57,253 nt of DNA from Gemmatimonadota bacterium (GTDB lineage Bacteria; Gemmatimonadota; Gemmatimonadetes; Gemmatimonadales; Gemmatimonadaceae), in the NCBI GenBank assembly GCA_038059315.1, contig JBBTJT010000058.1, positions 1 through 57,253 of the forward strand. Direction: 5' to 3'. The number at the start of each line of letters is the position of its first letter. Within the stretch, counting starts at the first letter, position 1. A program made the position numbers and the translations under genes. Of this stretch, positions 17,536 to 27,455 are shown one piece after another. The notes beneath the pieces were generated by a model. That model had not been told where the DNA came from. It did not search any database and saw nothing but the letters and a program-made list of their open reading frames with translations.

Positions 17536-18054
17536 ATGCAGCACGCGCGACACTTCATACGTCTGCTCGCCCTGATCGCGCTGGCCGTCACCGGGTTCCT
17601 CGGCGTACGCGCGCAGGCGGTCCCTAAGGACTTTGGCACGCTCGGACACTTCCGGGCGTCGGCCATCCCCGAGATCGCGGCCCGCGAGCCGCGCCACCTG
17701 GGGAGCGAGGCCTGCGGCGACTGCCACGACGCGGAGTTTGCGGCGTGGAAGTCCGGCAAGCACTCCGTGCCCCAGTGCGAAGCGTGCCACGGCCCGGGCC
17801 TTCTGCACGTGAAGATGATGAGCGAGGACTCGGTGGACGCCTACCCCGACCGCATAAAGCAGAATCCCAACGCATTGCGGGTGATGAGCGGCATCCTGGA
17901 ATGCAAATGGTGCCACCTCAAGACGTTCGAACGGCCGAGCGCCCTCAAGTCCATCACCAACGTGCAGAAGCACGTCGTCAGCAAGGGGGGACAGTTCACG
18001 CCCCAGTCGAGGTGCATCGACTGTCACAATCCGCACACGGCGGTGGTCAAGTGA
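17536..18054 (+). CDS. Tetraheme c-type cytochrome with N-terminal membrane anchor or signal (172 aa)
   Basis: Four CXXCH motifs (CGDCH, CEACH, CKWCH, CIDCH). N-terminal hydrophobic helix FIRLLALIALAVTGFLGV. The motif CGDCH..W..S.H....CEACHGPG..H is typical of multiheme (MtrA/NrfB-like) cytochromes. Confidence 0.85.
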   Translation: MQHARHFIRLLALIALAVTGFLGVRAQAVPKDFGTLGHFRASAIPEIAAREPRHLGSEACGDCHDAEFAAWKSGKHSVPQCEACHGPGLLHVKMMSEDSVDAYPDRIKQNPNALRVMSGILECKWCHLKTFERPSALKSITNVQKHVVSKGGQFTPQSRCIDCHNPHTAVVK

Positions 18055-18866
18055 CGAGCCCCTGGAACAAGCCGGAGATCTCGAGGCGGGAGTTCTTCGA
18101 GAAGTGCGCGGAGACGGGGGCCCAGACTTTCGTTTTCGGCGGCCTCTTCCTGACGACCGCGAAGCTGAGGCTGCCGCGGGAATCCGCCCACGGGTCCGGC
18201 GGCGGCGCCGACCCGGACCAGGCGATCTACGGCTTCGTGGTGGACACCACGGCGTGCATCGGGTGCGGCTCGTGCGTGCGGGCGTGCAAGGCGGAGAACA
18301 ACGTGCCCGACGGGTTCAACCGCACCTGGGTGGAGCAGTACACGTTCTTCCCGAACGGCGAGGTCATCGTGAACTCGCCGCAGGGCGGAGAGAACGGGTT
18401 CCCTGACGACCTGCCGGAACGCAACCTGCCCATTGAACTCAAGCTGCTGCCGGTGCGCGGCTTCTTCGTGCCCAAGCTGTGCAATCATTGCATCGACACG
18501 CCGTGCATCCAGGTCTGCCCCGTCGGTGCATCGTTCGTGACGAAGGAAGGCGTGGTGCTGATCGACGACGAGCGCTGCGTCGGCTGCGGCTACTGCGTGC
18601 AGGCCTGCCCGTTCGGCTCGCGCTTCCTCAACCCCGAGACCAAGTGCGCGGACAAGTGCACGTGGTGCTACCACCGGATCACCAAGGGGTTGATGCCGGC
18701 GTGCGTCCAGGCCTGCCCGGCCAAGGCCCGCATTTTCGGCAACGTCAGCGACCCGCTCAGTGGAATCAGCCGGATCCTCGCCGGCAATCGCGTGCAGGTG
18801 CTGAAGTCGTACCTCGGCACGCGTCCGCGCACCCGCTACATCGGCCTCGACTCCGAGGTCATCTAG
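18051..18866 (+). CDS. Tat-exported 4Fe-4S ferredoxin-type subunit, NrfC/PsrB/DsrO family (271 aa)
   Basis: GTG start at 18051 (GTGA overlap with the tetraheme stop). Twin-arginine motif ISRREFFEK. Four Cys clusters: CIGCGSCVRAC, CNHCIDTPCIQVCP, CVGCGYCVQACP and CTWC...ACVQACP. Confidence 0.88.
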   Translation: MTSPWNKPEISRREFFEKCAETGAQTFVFGGLFLTTAKLRLPRESAHGSGGGADPDQAIYGFVVDTTACIGCGSCVRACKAENNVPDGFNRTWVEQYTFFPNGEVIVNSPQGGENGFPDDLPERNLPIELKLLPVRGFFVPKLCNHCIDTPCIQVCPVGASFVTKEGVVLIDDERCVGCGYCVQACPFGSRFLNPETKCADKCTWCYHRITKGLMPACVQACPAKARIFGNVSDPLSGISRILAGNRVQVLKSYLGTRPRTRYIGLDSEVI

Positions 18867-18867
18867 C

Positions 18868-20106
18868 ATGAATCACTTCGTCACCGAAGGGTACGTCCTG
18901 CCGAACCAGATGCACATCTACTGGACGACGATGATCGTGCTGTATCCGTACATCACCGGCATCGTCGCCGGCGCGTTCATCATCTCGTCGCTGCACCACG
19001 TGTTCGACAAGCACGAACTCGAGCCGGTCAGCCGGTTCTCGATGATCATGGCGTTCGCCTTCCTGCTGTTCGCCACCATGCCGCTCATGGCGCACCTGGG
19101 GCACCCGGAGCGGGCCTTCAACATGATGTTCACCCCCAACGTCACGTCGGCGATGGCGGGATTCGGCTTCATCTACACCGCCTATCTCCTCATCCTGGCG
19201 GTGGAGATCTGGCTGCTGTATCGCGTGGACATCGTGTACCTGTCCCTGAACGCGAAGTCCCCGGCGATGCGGAGCCTGTACTGGCTGATGGCGCTCGGCG
19301 TGCAGGACATCACGCCGGAAGCCAAGGCGCTCGACCGCAAGGTCATGATCTTCCTGGCGTCGATCGGCATCCCGGCGGCGTGCGGGCTGCACGGGTACGT
19401 GGGCTTCATCTTCGGCGCCATCAAGGCCAACCCGTGGTGGGCCAGCCCGCTGATGCCCGTCATCTTCCTGCTCAGCGCCATCGTGTCCGGCATCGCGATG
19501 GTCCTGGTGTGCTACATCGCCGTGCAGTGGATGATGAAGCGCCCCATCGACGGGCCGTGCGCCCAGTCGCTCATCGAGTCGGCGTGGTACTTCCTCATCA
19601 TCGACGTCACGCTCGAATTGCTGGAGCTGCTGAACCGCGCCTACATGGCCAACGAGGACTGGGTGATCCTGAAAACGCTCGTCACCACCAAGCTGTTCAC
19701 CAGCTTCTTCGTCATCCAGATCGTGCTCGGTTCGATTCTCCCATTCCTGCTGCTCGGCTCCGTCGTGGTGTTCAAGGACCGGATGCCCGCGCGGGCGCGC
19801 GACGCCATCGGCTTCACGGGGGGGCTCCTGCTGCTGGTGCAGGTGGCGGCCATGCGCTGGAACGTGGTGATGGGCGGGCAGATGTTCTCGAAGAGCCTCC
19901 GGGGTTTCCTGACCTTCGACGTCGAGATCTACGGGCGGGAGGGACTGCTCGTGGCCGGGCTCATGCTTTCGCTGCCGTTCATCACGATGCTGGTCATCTC
20001 GCGGATACTGCCGCTGTGGGGCGGCATCGAGACGTTCCCGAAGAAGTGGATGAAGGAGGTGGAGCCGCCGCGCCGGCCGTTGAAGGGCTACTCGAAGTTT
20101 GGATGA
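18868..20106 (+). CDS. NrfD/PsrC/DsrP-like polytopic membrane quinone-interacting subunit (412 aa)
   Basis: The ATG lies 1 nt after the FeS-subunit stop. About nine hydrophobic segments by eye. N-terminal YWTTMIVLYPYITGIVAGAFIISSL resembles the first NrfD helix. Confidence 0.85.
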   Translation: MNHFVTEGYVLPNQMHIYWTTMIVLYPYITGIVAGAFIISSLHHVFDKHELEPVSRFSMIMAFAFLLFATMPLMAHLGHPERAFNMMFTPNVTSAMAGFGFIYTAYLLILAVEIWLLYRVDIVYLSLNAKSPAMRSLYWLMALGVQDITPEAKALDRKVMIFLASIGIPAACGLHGYVGFIFGAIKANPWWASPLMPVIFLLSAIVSGIAMVLVCYIAVQWMMKRPIDGPCAQSLIESAWYFLIIDVTLELLELLNRAYMANEDWVILKTLVTTKLFTSFFVIQIVLGSILPFLLLGSVVVFKDRMPARARDAIGFTGGLLLLVQVAAMRWNVVMGGQMFSKSLRGFLTFDVEIYGREGLLVAGLMLSLPFITMLVISRILPLWGGIETFPKKWMKEVEPPRRPLKGYSKFG

Positions 20107-20141
20107 ACGCAGGACGCAACTAATTACCGGGGGACGCAGGC

Positions 20142-20936
20142 ATGGACAGCACCAACTTGATGTATTTCGCCGCCGCCGTGGTCGTCATCGCGATGCTCAG
20201 GCTCGGCGTGAAGATCGTGAGGCAGTACGAGGGCGGCGTGGTCCTGCGGTTCGGCCGGCTGGTCGGCGTCCGGGGGCCCGGGCTGAACTTCATCATCCCG
20301 CTCGTCGACCGGATGTACAAGATCGACGTGCGCGTCGTGACCTACATCGTCGAGCCGCAGGAGCTGATCACGCGCGACAACGTGACGATCAAGGTGGACG
20401 CGGTGGTGTACTTCGCCGTCATGGATTGCGCCAAGGCGCTGCTGCAGGTTGAGGACTACAAGAAGGCCACCTCGCAGATCGCCCTGACGACGCTGCGGAG
20501 CGTGCTCGGCCAGTCGGAACTCGACGAACTGCTGGCCCAGCGCGACAAGATCAACACGAAGCTGGCGCACATCATCGACGAGCATACCGCGCCGTGGGGC
20601 GTGAAGGTCTCGGTGGTCGAAGTGAAGGACGTCCTGCTCCCCGAGGCCATGCAGCGCTCGATGGCGGCGCAGGCCGAGGCCGAACGCGAGAAGCGGGCGA
20701 AGATCATCCGCGCCGATGGCGAGTTCCTCGCGGCGGCAACGCTCGGCAAGGCGGCCCGGATCATCCGCAACGAACCGCCGGCACTGCAGCTCCGGTACCT
20801 GCAGACGCTGGTGGAAATGGCCGGGTCGGGCAACAGCACCGTCATTCCGATCCCGATGGACCTGTTCGATGGACTGAAGGGCGTGCTGGCCAGGAACGGC
20901 GGCGATGCACCGGCCCTCGAGGCCGGAAGCGCGTAG
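20142..20936 (+). CDS. SPFH/band-7 (stomatin/slipin-like) membrane protein (264 aa)
   Basis: N-terminal TM then VRQYEGGVVLRFGRLVGVRGPGLNFIIPLVDRMYKIDVRV...TRDNVTIKVDAVVYF...WGVKVSVVEVKDV..P..M..AMAAQAEAEREKRAKI, classic stomatin-family blocks. Confidence 0.9.
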   Translation: MDSTNLMYFAAAVVVIAMLRLGVKIVRQYEGGVVLRFGRLVGVRGPGLNFIIPLVDRMYKIDVRVVTYIVEPQELITRDNVTIKVDAVVYFAVMDCAKALLQVEDYKKATSQIALTTLRSVLGQSELDELLAQRDKINTKLAHIIDEHTAPWGVKVSVVEVKDVLLPEAMQRSMAAQAEAEREKRAKIIRADGEFLAAATLGKAARIIRNEPPALQLRYLQTLVEMAGSGNSTVIPIPMDLFDGLKGVLARNGGDAPALEAGSA

Positions 20937-21052
20937 CGGCGCCGCGCGCCGACGCCGTTGATGGACGCCCGGAGGATGGCACGCCGCTGACCAGGCAGGC
21001 AGGTTGGCGGGGTGATGATCGTGCTCGCCACCGACCTGAGGAGACCGTTCCG

Positions 21053-21481
21053 ATGCGACGACTGACCTTCCTTGCCGCCCTGCTTGCGTCCGCCTGCGGC
21101 GGCCGCGCCCCGGCACCTGCGCCGATCGAGGTGCGCGCTCCCTGGGCGCGCCCGGCCGACTCGGCGGCGGTGACGGCGGCGTACCTGACCCTCTTCAACC
21201 ACGAGGCGCTGGCCGTGACGCTCTCCTCCGCGTCGTCTCCGCTGGCTGAGTCGGTGACGCTGCACGAGACGATGCAGATGAGCGGGATGGTGCACATGAT
21301 GCCGCTCGACTCCGGGCAGGTCATCGCGCCGGGAGACTCGCTGGTCCTGGCGGAGGGCGCAAAGCACTTAATGGTGATGGGGCTCAAGCGCACACTGACC
21401 GGCGGCGATTCGCTGCCGCTGGAACTCCGCTTCAGCGACGGGCGCGTGCTGCACGCCACTGCTGCCGTGCGCGCACCGTAG
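21053..21481 (+). CDS. Periplasmic copper chaperone PCu(A)C (DUF461) lipoprotein (142 aa)
   Basis: ORF trimmed to the ATG at 21053 with a GAGGAG Shine-Dalgarno. Lipobox LLASAC. Motifs AAYLTLFN and Met-rich copper site HETMQMSGMVHMMP plus GAKHLMVMGLK. Confidence 0.8.
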   Translation: MRRLTFLAALLASACGGRAPAPAPIEVRAPWARPADSAAVTAAYLTLFNHEALAVTLSSASSPLAESVTLHETMQMSGMVHMMPLDSGQVIAPGDSLVLAEGAKHLMVMGLKRTLTGGDSLPLELRFSDGRVLHATAAVRAP

Positions 21482-21649
21482 CGTCACGCATCCAGCCCGT
21501 CGTGCGCGCCACGGGGTCCTGATCCAGGGTCAGGAGCGCTCGTGCTTCCGGTTCTGGGACTTGCCGTCGGCGATCTGCGCGATCGCCTGGGCGCGACGCC
21601 GTTCGCGCGTGAGTTCCCGCCTGGCGCCGAGGATCCACCGGAACACTCG

Positions 21650-22429
21650 TCAGCCGTCCTTTCGCGCCACCAGCAGCATCTCGCTCGAACGCCGGTTCAG
21701 GGGACGGTCGCTGAAACTGTCAAACGCTTGTTCCACGATCAATCCGGCGTCGCGCATGAGGTCGGAGAGCTGCGTGGGAGTGTAGAGCCGGATCTTGTGC
21801 GTGCGATCTTCGTGAACGTCGCGGCCCCGCCAGCGCGACTCGACCGTCAGGAAGCCGGAGAGCGGGTCGAAGCTCCGTTCCTGGGCAACCAGCGTGCCGT
21901 CGCCGGTGGTCCACCAGTCGCGGGGGAGGAACTTGGCCATCACGCCGTCGCGATCGCCCCCGTGCCAGAGCAGGAGACCTCCGGGCTTCAGCACGCGGGC
22001 GAACTCCCGGAGCACGCGGGCATCGTCGCGCGGATCGGCGAAGAAGCCGAAACTGGTGAAGAGGTTGACCACGGCGTCGAAGCGTCCCGTCCACGCCACC
22101 GGGAGGTGGCGCATGTCGGTGCGCCGATAGCGCAGCGTGCGTCCGGTCCCGCGCAACCGAGCCTTGTCCAACAAGGGTCCCGAGAAGTCCACGCCGTCAA
22201 CGTCGAGTCCGGCTTCGGAGAGGAGGTGCGCGTGCCGTCCCTGGCCGCACGCGCAATCCAGCACGCGCGCGCCGACCGGAAGGGCGAGCACCTCGAGCAG
22301 TCGCGCCACCTGGCGGCGATCCTCCACGAGCTCGAAGAACGGCTCGTACTCGCGCAGGTACCCGGTGTCGAAGTAGGTGCGCCACCAATTGGCGTCGGTG
22401 GTCGGTGGTCGGGGGTGGGTGGTCGTCAT
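21650..22429 (-). CDS. Class I SAM-dependent methyltransferase (259 aa)
   Basis: ORF trimmed to the ATG at 22429. SAM motif I VLDCACGQGRH. Downstream DAVVNLFTSFGFF and LKPGGLLL. The first 12 codons are made of the 7-nt repeat array. Confidence 0.8.
   Translation of the reverse strand: MTTTHPRPPTTDANWWRTYFDTGYLREYEPFFELVEDRRQVARLLEVLALPVGARVLDCACGQGRHAHLLSEAGLDVDGVDFSGPLLDKARLRGTGRTLRYRRTDMRHLPVAWTGRFDAVVNLFTSFGFFADPRDDARVLREFARVLKPGGLLLWHGGDRDGVMAKFLPRDWWTTGDGTLVAQERSFDPLSGFLTVESRWRGRDVHEDRTHKIRLYTPTQLSDLMRDAGLIVEQAFDSFSDRPLNRRSSEMLLVARKDG
22394..22428. repeat. 5 tandem 7-nt units (GTCGGTG-like) overlapping the first codons of the methyltransferase
   Basis: GTCGGTG GTCGGTG GTCGGGG GTGGGTG GTCGTCA read on the plus strand. 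On the coding strand this encodes MTTTHPRPPTTD. Confidence 0.8.
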
Positions 22430-22453
22430 CGCCGCCAGGTGATCAGGTTCGGC

Positions 22454-22483
22454 CTCTGTCGTTCTCTGTCGTTCTCTGTCGTA
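22454..22483. repeat. 3 tandem copies of a 10-nt unit CTCTGTCGTT in the gap between the mutase stop and the methyltransferase start
   Basis: CTCTGTCGTT CTCTGTCGTT CTCTGTCGTA, followed by a partial CTCTC. Read directly. Confidence 0.85.
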
Positions 22484-22487
22484 CTCT

Positions 22488-24178
<1,691 letters not shown>

Positions 24179-24182
<4 letters not shown>

Positions 24183-25270
24183 ACGGACTCTCCGGTCATC
24201 AGGGTGCCGCTCCGCTGCAGCAACGCGTCGGCGACGGCGTACGGGGTGGTGCGGCCGTCGGCGAGATCGGCGACCTGCCCGTCGATCCACGCATTGGTGG
24301 CGGCATCACCCCACAGCCGCCGGCCGAGCCGCTGAAAGACCACGTCCTTCACCCGCTCGCGCAGTCGCGCCCGGCGTCGCACGGCAAGCTCGCCGCTTCG
24401 CTCAAGATACGCAAAATGCCGTTCGAGGGCGGCCAGCAACTCGGGAATCCCCTCTCCCGTCGTCGCCGACGAACGCAGCACGGCGGGCGTCCAGCGCTCG
24501 GCGTCGTCGCCCGCGTCAGCCGGTGCGGGGTGCGGAGTGGTGAGGCTCCGCAGGTCGATGCCATGATGGGCCGGGGCGTTCTGCAGGCCGTGCCCGCCAC
24601 GCAGGCCGAGCATCGCCTCGATGTCCGTGCGCAGGCGGTCGGCGCCTGGACGATCCGCCTTGTTCACCACGAAGACGTCGGCGATCTCCATGAGGCCGGC
24701 CTTCAGCGTCTGGATGGCGTCACCCGACTCGGGGACCAGCACGACGAGCGACGTGTCCGCCGTGCGGGCGATGTCGAGTTCGCTCTGGCCCACGCCGACC
24801 GTCTCGATGAGGATGCAGTCGAGCCCGAAGGCGTCGAGCACGTCGCAGACTTCGCGCGTCGTGGCGGCCAGGCCGCCCAGCGACCCCCGCGTGGCCATCG
24901 ACCGGATGAAGACGCCCGGGTCGAGCGCCACGGACTCCATGCGCACGCGATCGCCGAGCAGCGCGCCCCCGGAGAACGGTGACGTGGGGTCGACGGCGAT
25001 GATGCCCACCGTGCGACCCTGCCGGCGCAGCAGCGCCACCAGCTGCGCGGTGAGCGTGCTCTTGCCGGCGCCCGGCGGTCCCGTCAACCCGATGCGACGC
25101 GAGCGTCCCACTCGCGGGTGGAGCGCGCCCAGCAACAGGTCGGCGCCGGCGCGCCCGTCTTCGACGATGGAAACCGCACGGGCCAGCGCCGCCTTGCGCC
25201 CGGCGGTGAAGTCGACGAGCAGCCGGGCCAGCGACGCCGGCGCGCCTTCGGGAAGCGTGATCGCCGTCAT
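24179..25270 (-). CDS. meaB: Methylmalonyl-CoA mutase-associated GTPase MeaB/ArgK (363 aa)
   Basis: P-loop [47 protein letters not shown] and VVNKADR, which are canonical MeaB blocks. Confidence 0.92.
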
Positions 25271-26226
25271 GCGCCCTTCCGGGGGGAGGCGTCATCGTGC
25301 TCGTCGTGGATGTCGCCCACCAGCTCCTCCACCACGTCATCCAGCGTCACCAGTCCCAGCGTGCGGCCCTCGGCATCCCGCACGATGGCGAGGTGCCGCC
25401 GCTCCAGCAGCATGGTGCGCATCAGCGCGAGGCACTTCAGTTCCGGCGCCGCGAACGAGACGCGCCTTAGTCGCGCCGCCGGCGCCTCGGGCCGTTCGAG
25501 GACGTCGAATGAGTGGATCATGCCCACGACGTGATCGAGGTCGCCATCGATCACCGGTACGCGCGAGTACGCCGCACGCGCCACGAGGCGGGCCAGGTCG
25601 GCCGCCGGCAGCGACCGGTCGACCGCCACGATCTTCTCGCGGGGCGTCATGACGTCGCGCACCCGCGTGGCACCGAACTCGGCCACGCCGCTGATGATGG
25701 CGCTCTCGTCCGCCTCGCCGACCCCTTCGAGCTCACCCTCGCGCAGCAGGTCCTCCAGCGCCTCCCGTGGATCTTCGGGCGCTAGCGGCGCCGAACGGGC
25801 CAGCGCTCGCGCGGCACGTTCGGCCAGCCAGAGCACCGGGGAAACGACCACGCCCAGGCCGTGCAGGGCCGGCAGGAGCACCGGCACCAGGGCGACGCCC
25901 CAGCGACGCGCGATGGCCCGCGGCAACAGCTGGCCAACGACCAGCAGCAACAGCACGGCCACGGCCAGCGCACGCGCCAGCGCCGCCGGCGTCTCTGCCT
26001 GCGAGCTCGCCACCAACCCGATGGTGAATGTCAGCCCGGCAATGACGGTCCCGGCGGCCAGCAGCAGTCGCTGCGGCCGTTCGAGAAACACCTCGGCACT
26101 GGCCGACCCGGCCAGCTTGCGTTCCACCCAGTGCCGCAGCCAGATGCGGCTGACTGTGCGGACCGCCGTGGCGGCCGCCGTGAGCCAGGCGACGACCAGG
26201 ACGAGGAACAGCACCAGGAGGTTCAC
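25267..26226 (-). CDS. CNNM/DUF21 + CBS-pair membrane protein lacking the CorC_HlyC C-terminal domain (319 aa)
   Basis: GTG start (GTGA overlap). N-terminal four-helix DUF21 region. ESAIISGVAEFGATRVRDVMTPREKIVAV and VPVIDGDLDHVVGMIH CBS motifs. Ends soon after the second CBS. Confidence 0.8.
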   Translation of the reverse strand: MNLLVLFLVLVVAWLTAAATAVRTVSRIWLRHWVERKLAGSASAEVFLERPQRLLLAAGTVIAGLTFTIGLVASSQAETPAALARALAVAVLLLLVVGQLLPRAIARRWGVALVPVLLPALHGLGVVVSPVLWLAERAARALARSAPLAPEDPREALEDLLREGELEGVGEADESAIISGVAEFGATRVRDVMTPREKIVAVDRSLPAADLARLVARAAYSRVPVIDGDLDHVVGMIHSFDVLERPEAPAARLRRVSFAAPELKCLALMRTMLLERRHLAIVRDAEGRTLGLVTLDDVVEELVGDIHDEHDDASPRKGA

Positions 26227-27455
26227 GTGTCCTCCTCCCCCGTCTCGAGCGCCAGGCGCTCGAAATAGACGCGCTCGATCCGGCGCCCCTTCATGCGCTC
26301 CACGACCACGCGGAACCCGTCGACGGTGATGTCTTCACCGGGTTCCGGCACGCCGTCGAACAACTCGTACGCCAGGCCACCGACGGTGCTGAGGTCCTCG
26401 CGCCGGAAGTCATGCCGCGTCAGGGCCGACAACGTGTCGAGCGTGACGTGCGCGGGCAGCCAGAAGCGGTCATCTCCCTCGCGCTCAATCTGGTCGTCGT
26501 CCTCGGTATCGTGCTCGTCGCGGATATCGCCGACGATGAGCTCGATCACGTCCTCGAGCGTCACGAGGCCGGCGACGCCGCCGAACTCGTCGACCACCAG
26601 TGCGATATGCCGGCGATTGGTGCGGAAATCGCGAAGTTGGGCGTCCACGGTGTTCGTCCCCGGAATGAACCACGCCGGCCGCACCAGCGACTGCCAGCCG
26701 GCCACCGGCTCTGCATCGTCGAGCACCGCGCCCAGCAGGTCCTTGGCAAACAGGATGCCGGAGACGTCGTCGAGGTCGTCCCCGTAGACGACCAGGCGTG
26801 CGTGACGCGCACTGCGCACCCGCGCCACCATGTCAGCCCATCGCGTGCCGCGCTCGATGCCGACGATGTCGACCCGCGGCACCATGATCTCGCTGACCCG
26901 CGTGTCACCGAGCGCGAAGACGCCGGACAGCAGTTGCTGTCCGGCCGTGCCACTGTCACCGTCGGCCATCTCGGCGGCAACGACCTCGCGGAAGCGCTCG
27001 ACGTCGGCCTCACGCGTTTCGTCGTCGGGACGGCGCGGCAACAGGTGCGCGAGCACCACGTCGCACCACGAGCCGAATGCCACGACCGGGCGCAGGACGA
27101 CCACCGCGGTCCGGGCGACCGGTGCCAAACGCCGCAACGCCCGGACGCCGAGGACGTCGCCGAGGGCGCGGGCACCACTCTCCGACACGATGATGACGAA
27201 CAGCCCCACCACGGTGGCCACGAGCACGCGTGACGCCGCGCTGAGCGGCACGGCCAGCGCGGCGCCGGCGCCCAGTTGCGCCAGAATGCGGCCGAAGGCC
27301 AGCGCACGGTGTGTCGCCTCCCGGTTCGCCAGCAGGTGGCGAACCGCGACGTCGCTCGCCGGCTCGTTCTCGTCAATAGTGAGCAGCGCGCCGTCGGCCG
27401 TCGCGCACAGGGCCGCGACGATCACGAACAGACCGGCGAGCACGAGGGCGCTCAC
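26223..27455 (-). CDS. Hemolysin/CorC family protein: DUF21 + CBS pair + CorC_HlyC transporter-associated domain (410 aa)
   Basis: Start inferred at GTG 27455 (GTGA overlap with the ybeY stop); the longer track ORF would overlap ybeY. LLSGVFALGDTRVSEIMVPRVDIVGI, HIALVVDEFGGVAGLVTLEDVIELIVGDIRDEHD and C-terminal GFRVVVERMKGRRIERVYFE. Confidence 0.85.
   Translation of the reverse strand: MSALVLAGLFVIVAALCATADGALLTIDENEPASDVAVRHLLANREATHRALAFGRILAQLGAGAALAVPLSAASRVLVATVVGLFVIIVSESGARALGDVLGVRALRRLAPVARTAVVVLRPVVAFGSWCDVVLAHLLPRRPDDETREADVERFREVVAAEMADGDSGTAGQQLLSGVFALGDTRVSEIMVPRVDIVGIERGTRWADMVARVRSARHARLVVYGDDLDDVSGILFAKDLLGAVLDDAEPVAGWQSLVRPAWFIPGTNTVDAQLRDFRTNRRHIALVVDEFGGVAGLVTLEDVIELIVGDIRDEHDTEDDDQIEREGDDRFWLPAHVTLDTLSALTRHDFRREDLSTVGGLAYELFDGVPEPGEDITVDGFRVVVERMKGRRIERVYFERLALETGEEDT

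Noticed and set aside
21530-21646. 38-codon Arg-rich ORF (VFRWILGARRELTRERRRAQAIAQIADGKSQNRKHERS) lying in frame 3 nt after the TGA stop of the methyltransferase. This raised the possibility of stop-codon read-through or selenocysteine.
   Set aside because: No SECIS-like hairpin follows the TGA. The methyltransferase is full-length without it. A 39-codon open stretch is expected by chance at this GC content. There is no Shine-Dalgarno.
22394-22487. Tandem repeats considered as a possible CRISPR array or minisatellite-borne mobile element. The same question applies to 193-269, 10101-10156 and 44111-44152.
   Set aside because: The units are only 7-10 nt and directly abut, with no spacers. There are no cas genes, no terminal inverted repeats with target duplications and no transposase. 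They are simple microsatellite-type repeats.
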